From Candidatus Tayloriibacteriota bacterium (GTDB taxonomy: Bacteria; Patescibacteriota; Minisyncoccia; Phycocordibacterales; CAIRYW01): 64,000 nt of DNA. The translations under genes and the position numbers were made by a program. Positions 9,914-17,715 of this stretch are shown in pieces; position 1 is the first letter of the stretch, and each line of letters starts with the position of its first letter. The DNA lies in contig JAQBQZ010000013.1 in assembly GCA_028286725.1 (NCBI GenBank), forward strand, positions 15,216 through 79,215. The letters are read 5' to 3'. The notes beneath the pieces are model-generated. The model was not told where the DNA came from and made no database searches. It was given only the letters and a program-made list of their open reading frames with translations.

Positions 9914-10663
9914 ATGAAAAAAAGACATCTCGGAGTTTTAATACTTATAATTATTCTTGCGTTTGTTGCAGGATATTTGTGGCAGGTAACACACAAACTG
10001 GGAGAGCTCAAATCTTCCATTCAAGAAATCAGATTTGGAGGAAAGCAAGATAAATATGAGATAGATGCAGCATACCCAGTGATCGAATCAGGAGTGCCAG
10101 AAAACATAAAAAACAGCATCAATACAGAGCTTGAAAAGTGGGCAAGAGATGGGGCAGAAAAAAGCAAATCAGAATTTGAAGATCTTTTGAAGGATCCAGA
10201 GCTTGCAGGCTCTGATCTCGGGCTTATGTATTCAAGTACTGTGTCCGTCAAAAGCGATTTCAAAAAACTTCCGTACATCAATGTTTCTTTTGAAATCTAT
10301 GATTATTCTGGAGGGGCGCACGGGATCACCGCAGTTTCAACATTTGTCTATGACGCGAATACTGGAGAGAAAATAACTCTAGATAAAGTATTCTCTGGAA
10401 ATTATTTAAATACGCTTTCAACGCTCTCGCTTGCCGAGCTCAAAAAAACAGATCCAAAACTTGAGACATATAGTTTTGCGGAAGATGGGACAAAGCCTGT
10501 GGCTGACAACTTCCAAACATGGACTCTCGAACCTGATGGAATACATTTTGTGTTTAGTGATTATCAGGTTGGTCCATACTCTAGCGGAAGACCAGAGATC
10601 GTACTTTCTTATGAATCGCTAAATAGCGTTCTTAATCCAGAATTCAAGAAATCTCTTTATTAA
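9914..10663 (+). CDS. DUF3298/DUF4163 (RsiV/PdaC-like) membrane-anchored protein
   Basis: YSGGAHG, F.DYQVGPYSSG motifs; N-terminal TM. Confidence 0.85.
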   Translation: MKKRHLGVLILIIILAFVAGYLWQVTHKLGELKSSIQEIRFGGKQDKYEIDAAYPVIESGVPENIKNSINTELEKWARDGAEKSKSEFEDLLKDPELAGSDLGLMYSSTVSVKSDFKKLPYINVSFEIYDYSGGAHGITAVSTFVYDANTGEKITLDKVFSGNYLNTLSTLSLAELKKTDPKLETYSFAEDGTKPVADNFQTWTLEPDGIHFVFSDYQVGPYSSGRPEIVLSYESLNSVLNPEFKKSLY

Positions 10664-10742
10664 TAGGCTATCAAAAGAAATACTAGATTTATATTGATTT
10701 TTCTGGTATAAATTGATTACTTCATATTTTTGAAGGATGTAT

Positions 10743-10814
10743 GGCGACTATAGTTTAGTGGCAAAACTCCGGTTTGTGGAACCGGTATCGAGAGTTCGAT
10801 TCTCTCTAGCCGCC
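10743..10814 (+). tRNA. tRNA-His(GTG) with encoded G-1 and C73
   Basis: Anticodon arm ccggt-ttgtgga-accgg; T arm gagag-ttcgatt-ctctc. Confidence 0.95.
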
Positions 10815-10872
10815 CATGATTTAAAAAAGAAAACACCCTCTGCTGGGTGTTTTCTTTTTTAATCACAGCGAA

Positions 10873-11104
10873 GCTAGAGAGAATCGAATGGCGGAGGCAT
10901 ATTTTCTGAGTACAGAAAATGCCGAGCCGGTGCCCAGGACAAATACGAGCGACGGCGAGTATTTAGTCCGCGGGCGATTCTCTCTAGCCCTCGGGGACTT
11001 GCGTGAGAGAATCGAAGCCCGATTGAGCAAATTTTGAGAGTGAAGCGAATCAAAATTTCCAATCGGGATACTGGTCGTGTAACGACCGATAGCTCTCTAG
11101 CCGC
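10873..11104. repeat. two tandem tRNA-His-linked structured units (scaffold A 10873-10989, scaffold B ~10993-11104)
   Basis: Inverted T-arm copies 10873-10888 and 11005-11016; direct copies 10975-10989 and 11087-11104. Confidence 0.85.
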
Positions 11105-11129
11105 TTCCCAAATCTGCTATAATTATCTA

Positions 11130-11750
11130 ATGACCACCCTCCCAATTATCGGTATGAGCCCAGGCAATAGCTACTTTAAATATGGAGTAGTAAAAGAATT
11201 ACTTCAGAAAGTTGTAGAGAAATATGGAAAAGCTGCAATCATGATTGCCGATGTTCCAGCGATTTCAACTTATGTTGCACTTGGGTATCCTCAGAATAGA
11301 GCAAGAAGGGATAAAGCTCTTCCTCAAGGTAATGCGCTCAAAAATAAAGTTAAGAAAGCTATGGTTGAATTAGGCTACAGCGCAGATCAAGTGATAATTA
11401 TTGATTGGAAAAATCAAATTGAAAATAATTCAGAATACAAAGAAAAATATAGTTTGATAGAAGGGTTGTATCAAACCAATTCTTTGTTTCAAAACGCTGC
11501 AGACGCTACGACAAAAGGTATATTGGCTGGCGCAGGCGAGGAGATTCTTGATTTACCTGATTCAATAAAAATCGCTGCGCATTATCTCTTGGCAGAGATC
11601 GCTTTTATGGAATTTGCTCCAGACTTTTTGAAAGTAAAAAAGGCTACATATATTTACCATAGAAGCTGGCCAGTATTTGAAAGTTATATAGACGGGAAGT
11701 TTGATGATAAATCAAAAGATTATTTAGGATTTGAGATTATTGAGATTTAA
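11130..11750 (+). CDS. tRNA-dependent cyclodipeptide synthase (CDPS, NYH-type); start likely ATG 11130
   Basis: GMSPGNSYF (catalytic Ser, Asn), YLLAE (Tyr, Glu), YIYH; TGCTATAAT 6 nt before the ATG. Confidence 0.85.
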   Translation: MTTLPIIGMSPGNSYFKYGVVKELLQKVVEKYGKAAIMIADVPAISTYVALGYPQNRARRDKALPQGNALKNKVKKAMVELGYSADQVIIIDWKNQIENNSEYKEKYSLIEGLYQTNSLFQNAADATTKGILAGAGEEILDLPDSIKIAAHYLLAEIAFMEFAPDFLKVKKATYIYHRSWPVFESYIDGKFDDKSKDYLGFEIIEI

Positions 11751-11817
11751 AAGTTATGAGAGGAATTACATTTGTTCAATTCTCTCCAGCCTTATTTTTT
11801 TTGCTATACTTTAAATT

Positions 11818-12411
11818 ATGGGCGACTATAAAACTATCATAAGCATTATTGCGGTTCTTCTCGTTCTAATTGGTTATTTTTCCTATATTCGCGATATTTT
11901 TAAAACAAAAACTACTCCTCATCTTTTTACGTGGTTCATTTGGTCACTTGCTGTTAGTGTTTCTGCCGCGTTACAGATCTTGGGAGGAGCGGGGGTAGGG
12001 GCGTGGACAACCATTGTGACCGCATTGGTCTGTTGTTTTATTCTCTTTCTTTCTTTTAAATATGGAGATAAAAATTATAGTAAGAGTGATATTTTATTTT
12101 TAGCTCTCGCTTTAATTTCTTTAGCGCTTTGGGTTTTTGTAAAACAGCCAGTCTGGTCAGTTGTCCTGATCGTCGCAACTGATATTCTTGGATTTGTTCC
12201 AACAGTAAGAAAGTCTTGGGATAAACCCTATTCAGAAACACTTTCAACTTATCAAATCACGGGCCTTCGTCATGCTTTGAGTATTGTTGCTCTTGAGAAA
12301 TTAAATATTCTCACACTTCTTTATCCTGTTGCTTGGACTTTGGCTAATATCCTATTTAGTATTATGCTTATAATAAGAAGAAAAATGATTAAGAGTGGAG
12401 ATCTGCTCTAG
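11818..12411 (+). CDS. multi-pass membrane protein (PQ-loop-like, conserved in CPR)
   Basis: YIRDIFK.KT.PH.FTW.IW and PTVRKSW.KP.SET repeats. Confidence 0.7.
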   Translation: MGDYKTIISIIAVLLVLIGYFSYIRDIFKTKTTPHLFTWFIWSLAVSVSAALQILGGAGVGAWTTIVTALVCCFILFLSFKYGDKNYSKSDILFLALALISLALWVFVKQPVWSVVLIVATDILGFVPTVRKSWDKPYSETLSTYQITGLRHALSIVALEKLNILTLLYPVAWTLANILFSIMLIIRRKMIKSGDLL

Positions 12412-13258
12412 TTTTTTCGCTCAACCTATTTGCTTTTAAATACGCCAATGCACCATACAAGCCGGTTTCATCTCCTAGAGATGCTTTTATAATCGGTGGA
12501 ATTTTTGGAAAAATCGTTTCCATTTTTTTGAGATAGTCTTTAACTAGCGGTATAGAAATATGTGATTTTCCGAGCATCATCGAACCTCCTAAAATGATGA
12601 CATCTGGTGTCCAAAATACAATTACGTTGTTCAAACCTACAGCCAGATTTTGTGCTGCCTCATTCCATATTTTCGGATCTTTTATATTCTCTGCATCTCT
12701 GCCGTATCGATTTTGAAATGCTGTTCCTGAAATATAAGCTTCAAGATGTCCTTTACCTCTACATCCACAAAATAATCCTTCCGGCGCAATGATCTGATGT
12801 CCTGGCTCAAATCCAATGAGACCTTTCCCGATATTTTTATAAGCAATTCTCGCGCCTCCTACACCTGTTGATACTGTCAGATATGCGACAATGTTAAAAC
12901 GTTTTCCTTTCCCAAATACTGCTTCGCCCAAACCTGCTGCCACCGTGTCGTTTAGAATCTTAACAGGAACACCGATCGCTTTTTCTAAGGAATTTTTGAG
13001 TGGTTTCCCTGACCATTCTTTTTTGTTGGGTGAATTTATAATCTTCTCTCCCTTTTTGTCGAGAAGACCTGCAATGCATCCGACACATTTATCAATTTTT
13101 TCTCCTTTGGATAATTCTTTTGCAGTTTCTTTAAAGAGGGTGATCCCATCTTTGAAACTCTCTGGGGTACCAACTATCTTGGATCTCAAAATAGTCTTAC
13201 TGTTTTTGGATACGGCTAGTCGCATTTTGGTTCCTCCAATATCAAAAATGAGAATCAT
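12389..13258 (-). CDS. ROK family sugar kinase
   Basis: DIGGTK, ND...AGLGE, STGVGG, EPGH, C.C..GHLE. Confidence 0.92.
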   Translation of the reverse strand: MILIFDIGGTKMRLAVSKNSKTILRSKIVGTPESFKDGITLFKETAKELSKGEKIDKCVGCIAGLLDKKGEKIINSPNKKEWSGKPLKNSLEKAIGVPVKILNDTVAAGLGEAVFGKGKRFNIVAYLTVSTGVGGARIAYKNIGKGLIGFEPGHQIIAPEGLFCGCRGKGHLEAYISGTAFQNRYGRDAENIKDPKIWNEAAQNLAVGLNNVIVFWTPDVIILGGSMMLGKSHISIPLVKDYLKKMETIFPKIPPIIKASLGDETGLYGALAYLKANRLSEKTRADLHS

Positions 13259-13322
13259 AAATGCTTTGACGCATTGAAGAGAGGAATCTTACACCTTCAT
13301 TCGTTTCTGCTATACTTATCTC

Positions 13323-13691
13323 ATGAAATCCTCAACACAACCAGCGTCTCAAATCTGCTCTATTTGTCATGCGTCAATACTGCCTTCATATTATTTCTGT
13401 CCAAACTGCGGCAATAAAGTAAACACTCCACCTCTCTCAACATCAATTACAACTCAGATCGGTATCTATGCTTTTAGTATCATTCTTCCAATGATTGGTT
13501 TTATACTTGTGACTAAATGGCCCGGAGTTCAATATTTCAAATCAAAAGATGAGAAAACAAAAAAGATCGGGATCATCGCATGGTCTCTTCTTATACTTTC
13601 AACACTCATCACGATCTGGCTTGCGTATATATGGACGCTCGACACGATTCAGTCGGTAAGTCAGAGTATTAATACAGACATGGGCTTTTAA
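13323..13691 (+). CDS. zinc-ribbon membrane protein
   Basis: CSIC...FCPNCG followed by two TM helices. Confidence 0.75.
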   Translation: MKSSTQPASQICSICHASILPSYYFCPNCGNKVNTPPLSTSITTQIGIYAFSIILPMIGFILVTKWPGVQYFKSKDEKTKKIGIIAWSLLILSTLITIWLAYIWTLDTIQSVSQSINTDMGF

Positions 13692-13704
13692 TTTTTACAA
13701 TTAT

Positions 13705-15123
13705 TTAACTTAATTTTCTGATAACTCCCTTTTCCGCATCTACTTCTACCATATCACCATCTTTGAAAACCATTGTTGCAATCTTGGTGCCTATAATGCA
13801 AGGTTTATTCATTTCTCTGGCGACTATTGAAGCATGGCTCGTAATACCGCCCTCATTTGTTACAAATGCGGCAGCCATCTCCATAATAGGTACAAAATCC
13901 ACAGATGTCATACTGCTTACAAGAATGTCACCTTTCTTGAATTTCTCAAATTCTCCTCTATGAAAGACAATTTTTACTGGACCTATTACTTTACCTTTGT
14001 TAGCAACAATCCCCTTAAGTTCGAATCCCTTTGTAGAAATCTGATCAGAAGAATTATGAGATTCTTGATTAGGAAAAATATTCAAATCTTTAGCTTTAAT
14101 AAAAGACATGCTACCTTTTTTGTCTACAACTCTCCCAACCACTTTTCTTTGCATCTTAATCTTGGGTATCAGAATTTTTTTGCCTGCCATAAGGCCTTTC
14201 ATTTCATCTGGTGTAAGGTAAAAGCAATCTCGCCAATCTTCAGAACCTCCAAGTTTTGCTATTTTTAAAAACACACTTCTATATTCAAGTGATACTTTGC
14301 AAAATATATTCTTTCTAAATTCATTCAGAGTTGTGCATATTCCTAATGCATTTGCTAGATTCAAAACATGGGTATTTTTTATCTTTCTCAATAGGTCTTT
14401 TTTATTTCTTAGCTTATCTTGATGATTTTGAAGCATCTTCCTCAGGGAAGCTTCTGGATCTTTGCCGCTAATCTCTTTTAATTGTTGCAGAGCGTCAGCC
14501 ATTGTCCACGGATCTTCACAGAAATTTACAGGAATATGCTGAAATCTCTTAAGCCAGGTTCTAAGTTTCTTTTCTCTATCCAACTCTTTTAGAGATGCAA
14601 TCTTCAAGAGCTCTATCCGAGATAGTGTCAAAGGTGTATTTTTTTCTGGATAACTAACATAAGAAATAATTGAGTCTATATCGTCAATATTAAGATCTTT
14701 GAGTTTGTCACGAAGTGCTGAATAATCAACAATACCCATAACTCGCGTGATTAAAAGACCTGAACAAAATCTTGAATATTGTCTAAAGAATAGTTCAAGG
14801 TTGCGAGAGTTGGTGTTTTTATTCAATCGCTGAAGTGAAAGAAGAAACTCCTGGGCAAATTTTTTGTAGTAAGTTTGTAATGCTCTTATTTTTTTTGGAT
14901 CGTGAGACATTTTAACCAGACCTTTGCCAAAAATATCTAAAGAGTTCTTTTCATAAAAAATATCAGTCTTGGTACCATCAGATGTTATTGAACCGCTGAG
15001 TGGGGCCTGCGGAGCGCCAAAATCAATGGTATGTGTAAATCCAGCACTAAGACATTGGTGTAAAAAGGATAGATTGCGATTTACCCCTGTGGTCCATATT
15101 TTATTTTTGTACTTAATATCCAT
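13705..15123 (-). CDS. PEP-utilising enzyme mobile (phospho-His) domain protein
   Basis: C-terminal TNEGGITSHASIVAREMNKPCIIG; no N-terminal ATP-grasp seen. Confidence 0.8.
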   Translation of the reverse strand: MDIKYKNKIWTTGVNRNLSFLHQCLSAGFTHTIDFGAPQAPLSGSITSDGTKTDIFYEKNSLDIFGKGLVKMSHDPKKIRALQTYYKKFAQEFLLSLQRLNKNTNSRNLELFFRQYSRFCSGLLITRVMGIVDYSALRDKLKDLNIDDIDSIISYVSYPEKNTPLTLSRIELLKIASLKELDREKKLRTWLKRFQHIPVNFCEDPWTMADALQQLKEISGKDPEASLRKMLQNHQDKLRNKKDLLRKIKNTHVLNLANALGICTTLNEFRKNIFCKVSLEYRSVFLKIAKLGGSEDWRDCFYLTPDEMKGLMAGKKILIPKIKMQRKVVGRVVDKKGSMSFIKAKDLNIFPNQESHNSSDQISTKGFELKGIVANKGKVIGPVKIVFHRGEFEKFKKGDILVSSMTSVDFVPIMEMAAAFVTNEGGITSHASIVAREMNKPCIIGTKIATMVFKDGDMVEVDAEKGVIRKLS

Positions 15124-15229
15124 TATTTTTTTAAAAAGTAAATCTGTAGTTTGTAGCTACGATAGAGGTTTTTCAGTTATGTATTTAATAATTAGATGAG
15201 CTGCATTTCTGCTTTCACAGATATGTGAT

Positions 15230-15685
15230 TCATTTTACTAAAACCGCTGCAGGGAAGTCCTCGTGCCAGTTACCGCTTAGAAGATAATTGCCAAATACCC
15301 AATTGCCGCCAGTCCAGGAAATATATCGAACATAGAGATCTCCTTCAGGACTTCGATCTATCGTGCCCCAGAAAAATATATATTGAGCATTATCTTTTGG
15401 ACCGATCTTCCAGTTCTCAGGGATTTCATTGTGATGGTCTCTTAAATATTGCCAGATTGTTGCATTAAGTACATTTATATTCTGCTCTTTGAGATGTTCG
15501 TAGAGATCGTTGCCGCGGATCGAGCCTCCGAGTTGTACAGGATCGAGGTGGAGGTTAAGTTTTTCTTTGATATCTGCAAATACAATAACACCATCGTGCG
15601 TCCAGTTTTCAGCAATGGTCCAGAGCTCTCCATATATATGTGGGTTTTGTGTTGTATCTATAGGTGTCAGTGTCGTGTCTGTCAT
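15230..15685 (-). CDS. hypothetical protein
   Basis: 151-aa ORF with Trp-rich C-terminus FFWGTI...VR.+.W...W...PAAV. Confidence 0.65.
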   Translation of the reverse strand: MTDTTLTPIDTTQNPHIYGELWTIAENWTHDGVIVFADIKEKLNLHLDPVQLGGSIRGNDLYEHLKEQNINVLNATIWQYLRDHHNEIPENWKIGPKDNAQYIFFWGTIDRSPEGDLYVRYISWTGGNWVFGNYLLSGNWHEDFPAAVLVK

Positions 15686-15818
15686 CGCATAATAATTATA
15701 TGCCTTTCAAATTTAAAAACAAACAAAGCTTTTGGTATAAGTTATAAACAGTCCTTGTGTAAATATTTTTTTTGTTTGCTATAATAATAGGGAAGGCAAG
15801 TTGAATTATGTTTGAACA

Positions 15819-16130
15819 ATGATCCTCAATAATCTCAAAAAAATAACTTCAACAATTCTCGTTATCGCATCATTTATTTTTGGTGCGAATATTATTTATT
15901 CTTGGACTGCTCCATCAGGTACTCCTCCGACAGCTGATGCACCGACTCCTATAAACATCGGCCCTAATACTCAACTCAAGACTGGAGCGTTTGGAATAGA
16001 TGGTAATTTTTTGGTAGTAGGTAACACAGCATTCACAGGTAAAATAAAGATTGCTGACGGATCACAGGGTGCAGGGAAGTACCTAACATCAGACAAGGAC
16101 GGAAACGCTACTTGGAAGCAATTACCATAA
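15819..16130 (+). CDS. secreted WxxPxxxPP fibre-like protein (shaft only)
   Basis: Signal/TM, WTAPSGTPP, PIN..Q.K.G, KIADGSQGAGKYLTSDKDGNATW. Confidence 0.75.
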   Translation: MILNNLKKITSTILVIASFIFGANIIYSWTAPSGTPPTADAPTPINIGPNTQLKTGAFGIDGNFLVVGNTAFTGKIKIADGSQGAGKYLTSDKDGNATWKQLP

Positions 16131-16140
16131 TTTTCTTCAT

Positions 16141-16473
16141 ATGGATCTACACATACAGCAAAAATCTTTTCTCGATATCTTTCTTAAGACGCTTATTTAT
16201 CTTGTTCTCGCCTTTATTATCGTTTGGAGCAGTGTTGTTGCGTATGATGAATATGATATTTATGCAACGGTCTTTCCAGAAGTTATTCCATATACTCCTC
16301 CAGTAGCAGCACCTCTTACAGATTCTGAAAAAGCAGACATTGCAGAAAACCTCAACGCAACGACCACGGTATTTAAACCTGAAGATGCGGCACAAAAATT
16401 AAATGCTATTCCAAAACCAAAAAGCACTTTAACGGATGAAGAGAAAAATAAGATCTTGCAGGGACTAGAATAA
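16141..16473 (+). CDS. hypothetical membrane-anchored protein
   Basis: One TM; two LTD.EK..I...L repeats; in operon. Confidence 0.7.
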   Translation: MDLHIQQKSFLDIFLKTLIYLVLAFIIVWSSVVAYDEYDIYATVFPEVIPYTPPVAAPLTDSEKADIAENLNATTTVFKPEDAAQKLNAIPKPKSTLTDEEKNKILQGLE

Positions 16474-16477
16474 ATTT

Positions 16478-17068
16478 ATGAAAAGAAATATATACATCAT
16501 TTTGGCTTTAATTTTTCTCGGCGCTGGTGCCGTCAATCTTTATGCATGGAAAACACCGACTGCAACTCCACCTTCTCAAGGTGTTCAGCCACCAGTAACC
16601 GCTCTCATCAATGAACAGCTCAAAGCTGGAACACTTGGTGTAAACGGTATGTTCGCGGTATTCGGTAATGCTGTTTTGTCTGGAGGAGTTAAGATTGCTG
16701 ACGGAACACAAAAAGAATTCTATGTACTGACATCTGACAGTGCGGGTAATGCATCATGGAAATCTCTTCCTGCTAAGCCTGTAACTACACACAAGCTTGG
16801 TCTCGGGGATTGTCCAGCAGGTTCTACTAAAATGACTGATCGTGGGCTCGCATATTGTGGATACTGGGTAAACACTGGTGCGGCATCATATTGTAATAAA
16901 GGGGATCTTCGTATCGCCGCTGTTGATACAGGGACAAGCGCACACAAAGGAGGGAACCACGGTATAACACTTGCCGAGCCTAATGGATGTATCGGATGGG
17001 AAGGGCCAAGCAACTTTGGTGGCCCTGGATGTGCGGTACAATGTCGAACAACAACGGTATACCAATAA
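16478..17068 (+). CDS. secreted WxxPxxxPP fibre-like protein with Cys-rich tip
   Basis: WKTPTATPP, KIADGTQKEFYVLTSDSAGNASW, EPNGC...GGPGC. Confidence 0.75.
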   Translation: MKRNIYIILALIFLGAGAVNLYAWKTPTATPPSQGVQPPVTALINEQLKAGTLGVNGMFAVFGNAVLSGGVKIADGTQKEFYVLTSDSAGNASWKSLPAKPVTTHKLGLGDCPAGSTKMTDRGLAYCGYWVNTGAASYCNKGDLRIAAVDTGTSAHKGGNHGITLAEPNGCIGWEGPSNFGGPGCAVQCRTTTVYQ

Positions 17069-17073
17069 AATCT

Positions 17074-17703
17074 ATGAATAAAAAAATAAAAACATTAATA
17101 TTCTTGTCTACTGCGTTTGCACTCGTTGTTACTTTAAATGATGTAGTAACGTCTTGGGCTCCGCCAACATCAAGCGCTCCTGCAGGAGACACTGTGCCTC
17201 CAATAAATGAAGGATCTACTGCACAGAGAAAATTAGGTAACTTGGGTGTTGGAGGACTAGCATCATTTGGAGGCGCGACATTTACAGGTAAGGTTCAGAT
17301 CAAGAATGGTACAGAAGGCGAGGGAAGAATATTGGTCACTGATGGTGTGGGAAATACAAGATGGGTAACACCTCCTGTATATAATCCAAATGGAGCATGC
17401 CCAGACGGTACGGTGAAAAGAAGTGATGGGCAGTGCGGGTATGCATACACACTAACTAGTAGTGGATATTTTTACTGTTCTCCTGGTGATGACCGAACTT
17501 CTTGGTATGACTCAGGACAGGGACGAAATCACACTGCGGGACCACTCGAACCAAATGGTTGTTATGCATTTGAAGGAAGACACAACAACGGAGGGCCTGG
17601 CTGTACCATGACTTGTATTGGAGCTGTTAAAATGTGTATGAAGATTGTGAATGGGGATGCAGAGTGGTATCTCTCAGGTCCAGATAAGGTTTGTAATCAA
17701 TAA
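17074..17703 (+). CDS. secreted WxxPxxxPP fibre-like protein with Cys-rich tip (start likely 17074)
   Basis: WAPPTSSAP, PPIN, QIKNGTEGEGRILVTDGVGNTRW, EPNGC...GGPGC. Confidence 0.75.
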   Translation: MNKKIKTLIFLSTAFALVVTLNDVVTSWAPPTSSAPAGDTVPPINEGSTAQRKLGNLGVGGLASFGGATFTGKVQIKNGTEGEGRILVTDGVGNTRWVTPPVYNPNGACPDGTVKRSDGQCGYAYTLTSSGYFYCSPGDDRTSWYDSGQGRNHTAGPLEPNGCYAFEGRHNNGGPGCTMTCIGAVKMCMKIVNGDAEWYLSGPDKVCNQ

Positions 17704-17715
17704 CTAAAAGCAGTT

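Noticed and set aside
10889-10940. gccggtgccca resembling a twister ribozyme
   Set aside because: The other twister conserved elements and pseudoknots were not found.
11034-11129. N-terminal extension of the CDPS ORF
   Set aside because: It overlaps the structured element; a -10 box sits just before ATG 11130.
15230-15685. Trp-rich C-terminus as a possible DGR target
   Set aside because: No template repeat with adenine-specific mismatches and no reverse transcriptase seen in the window.
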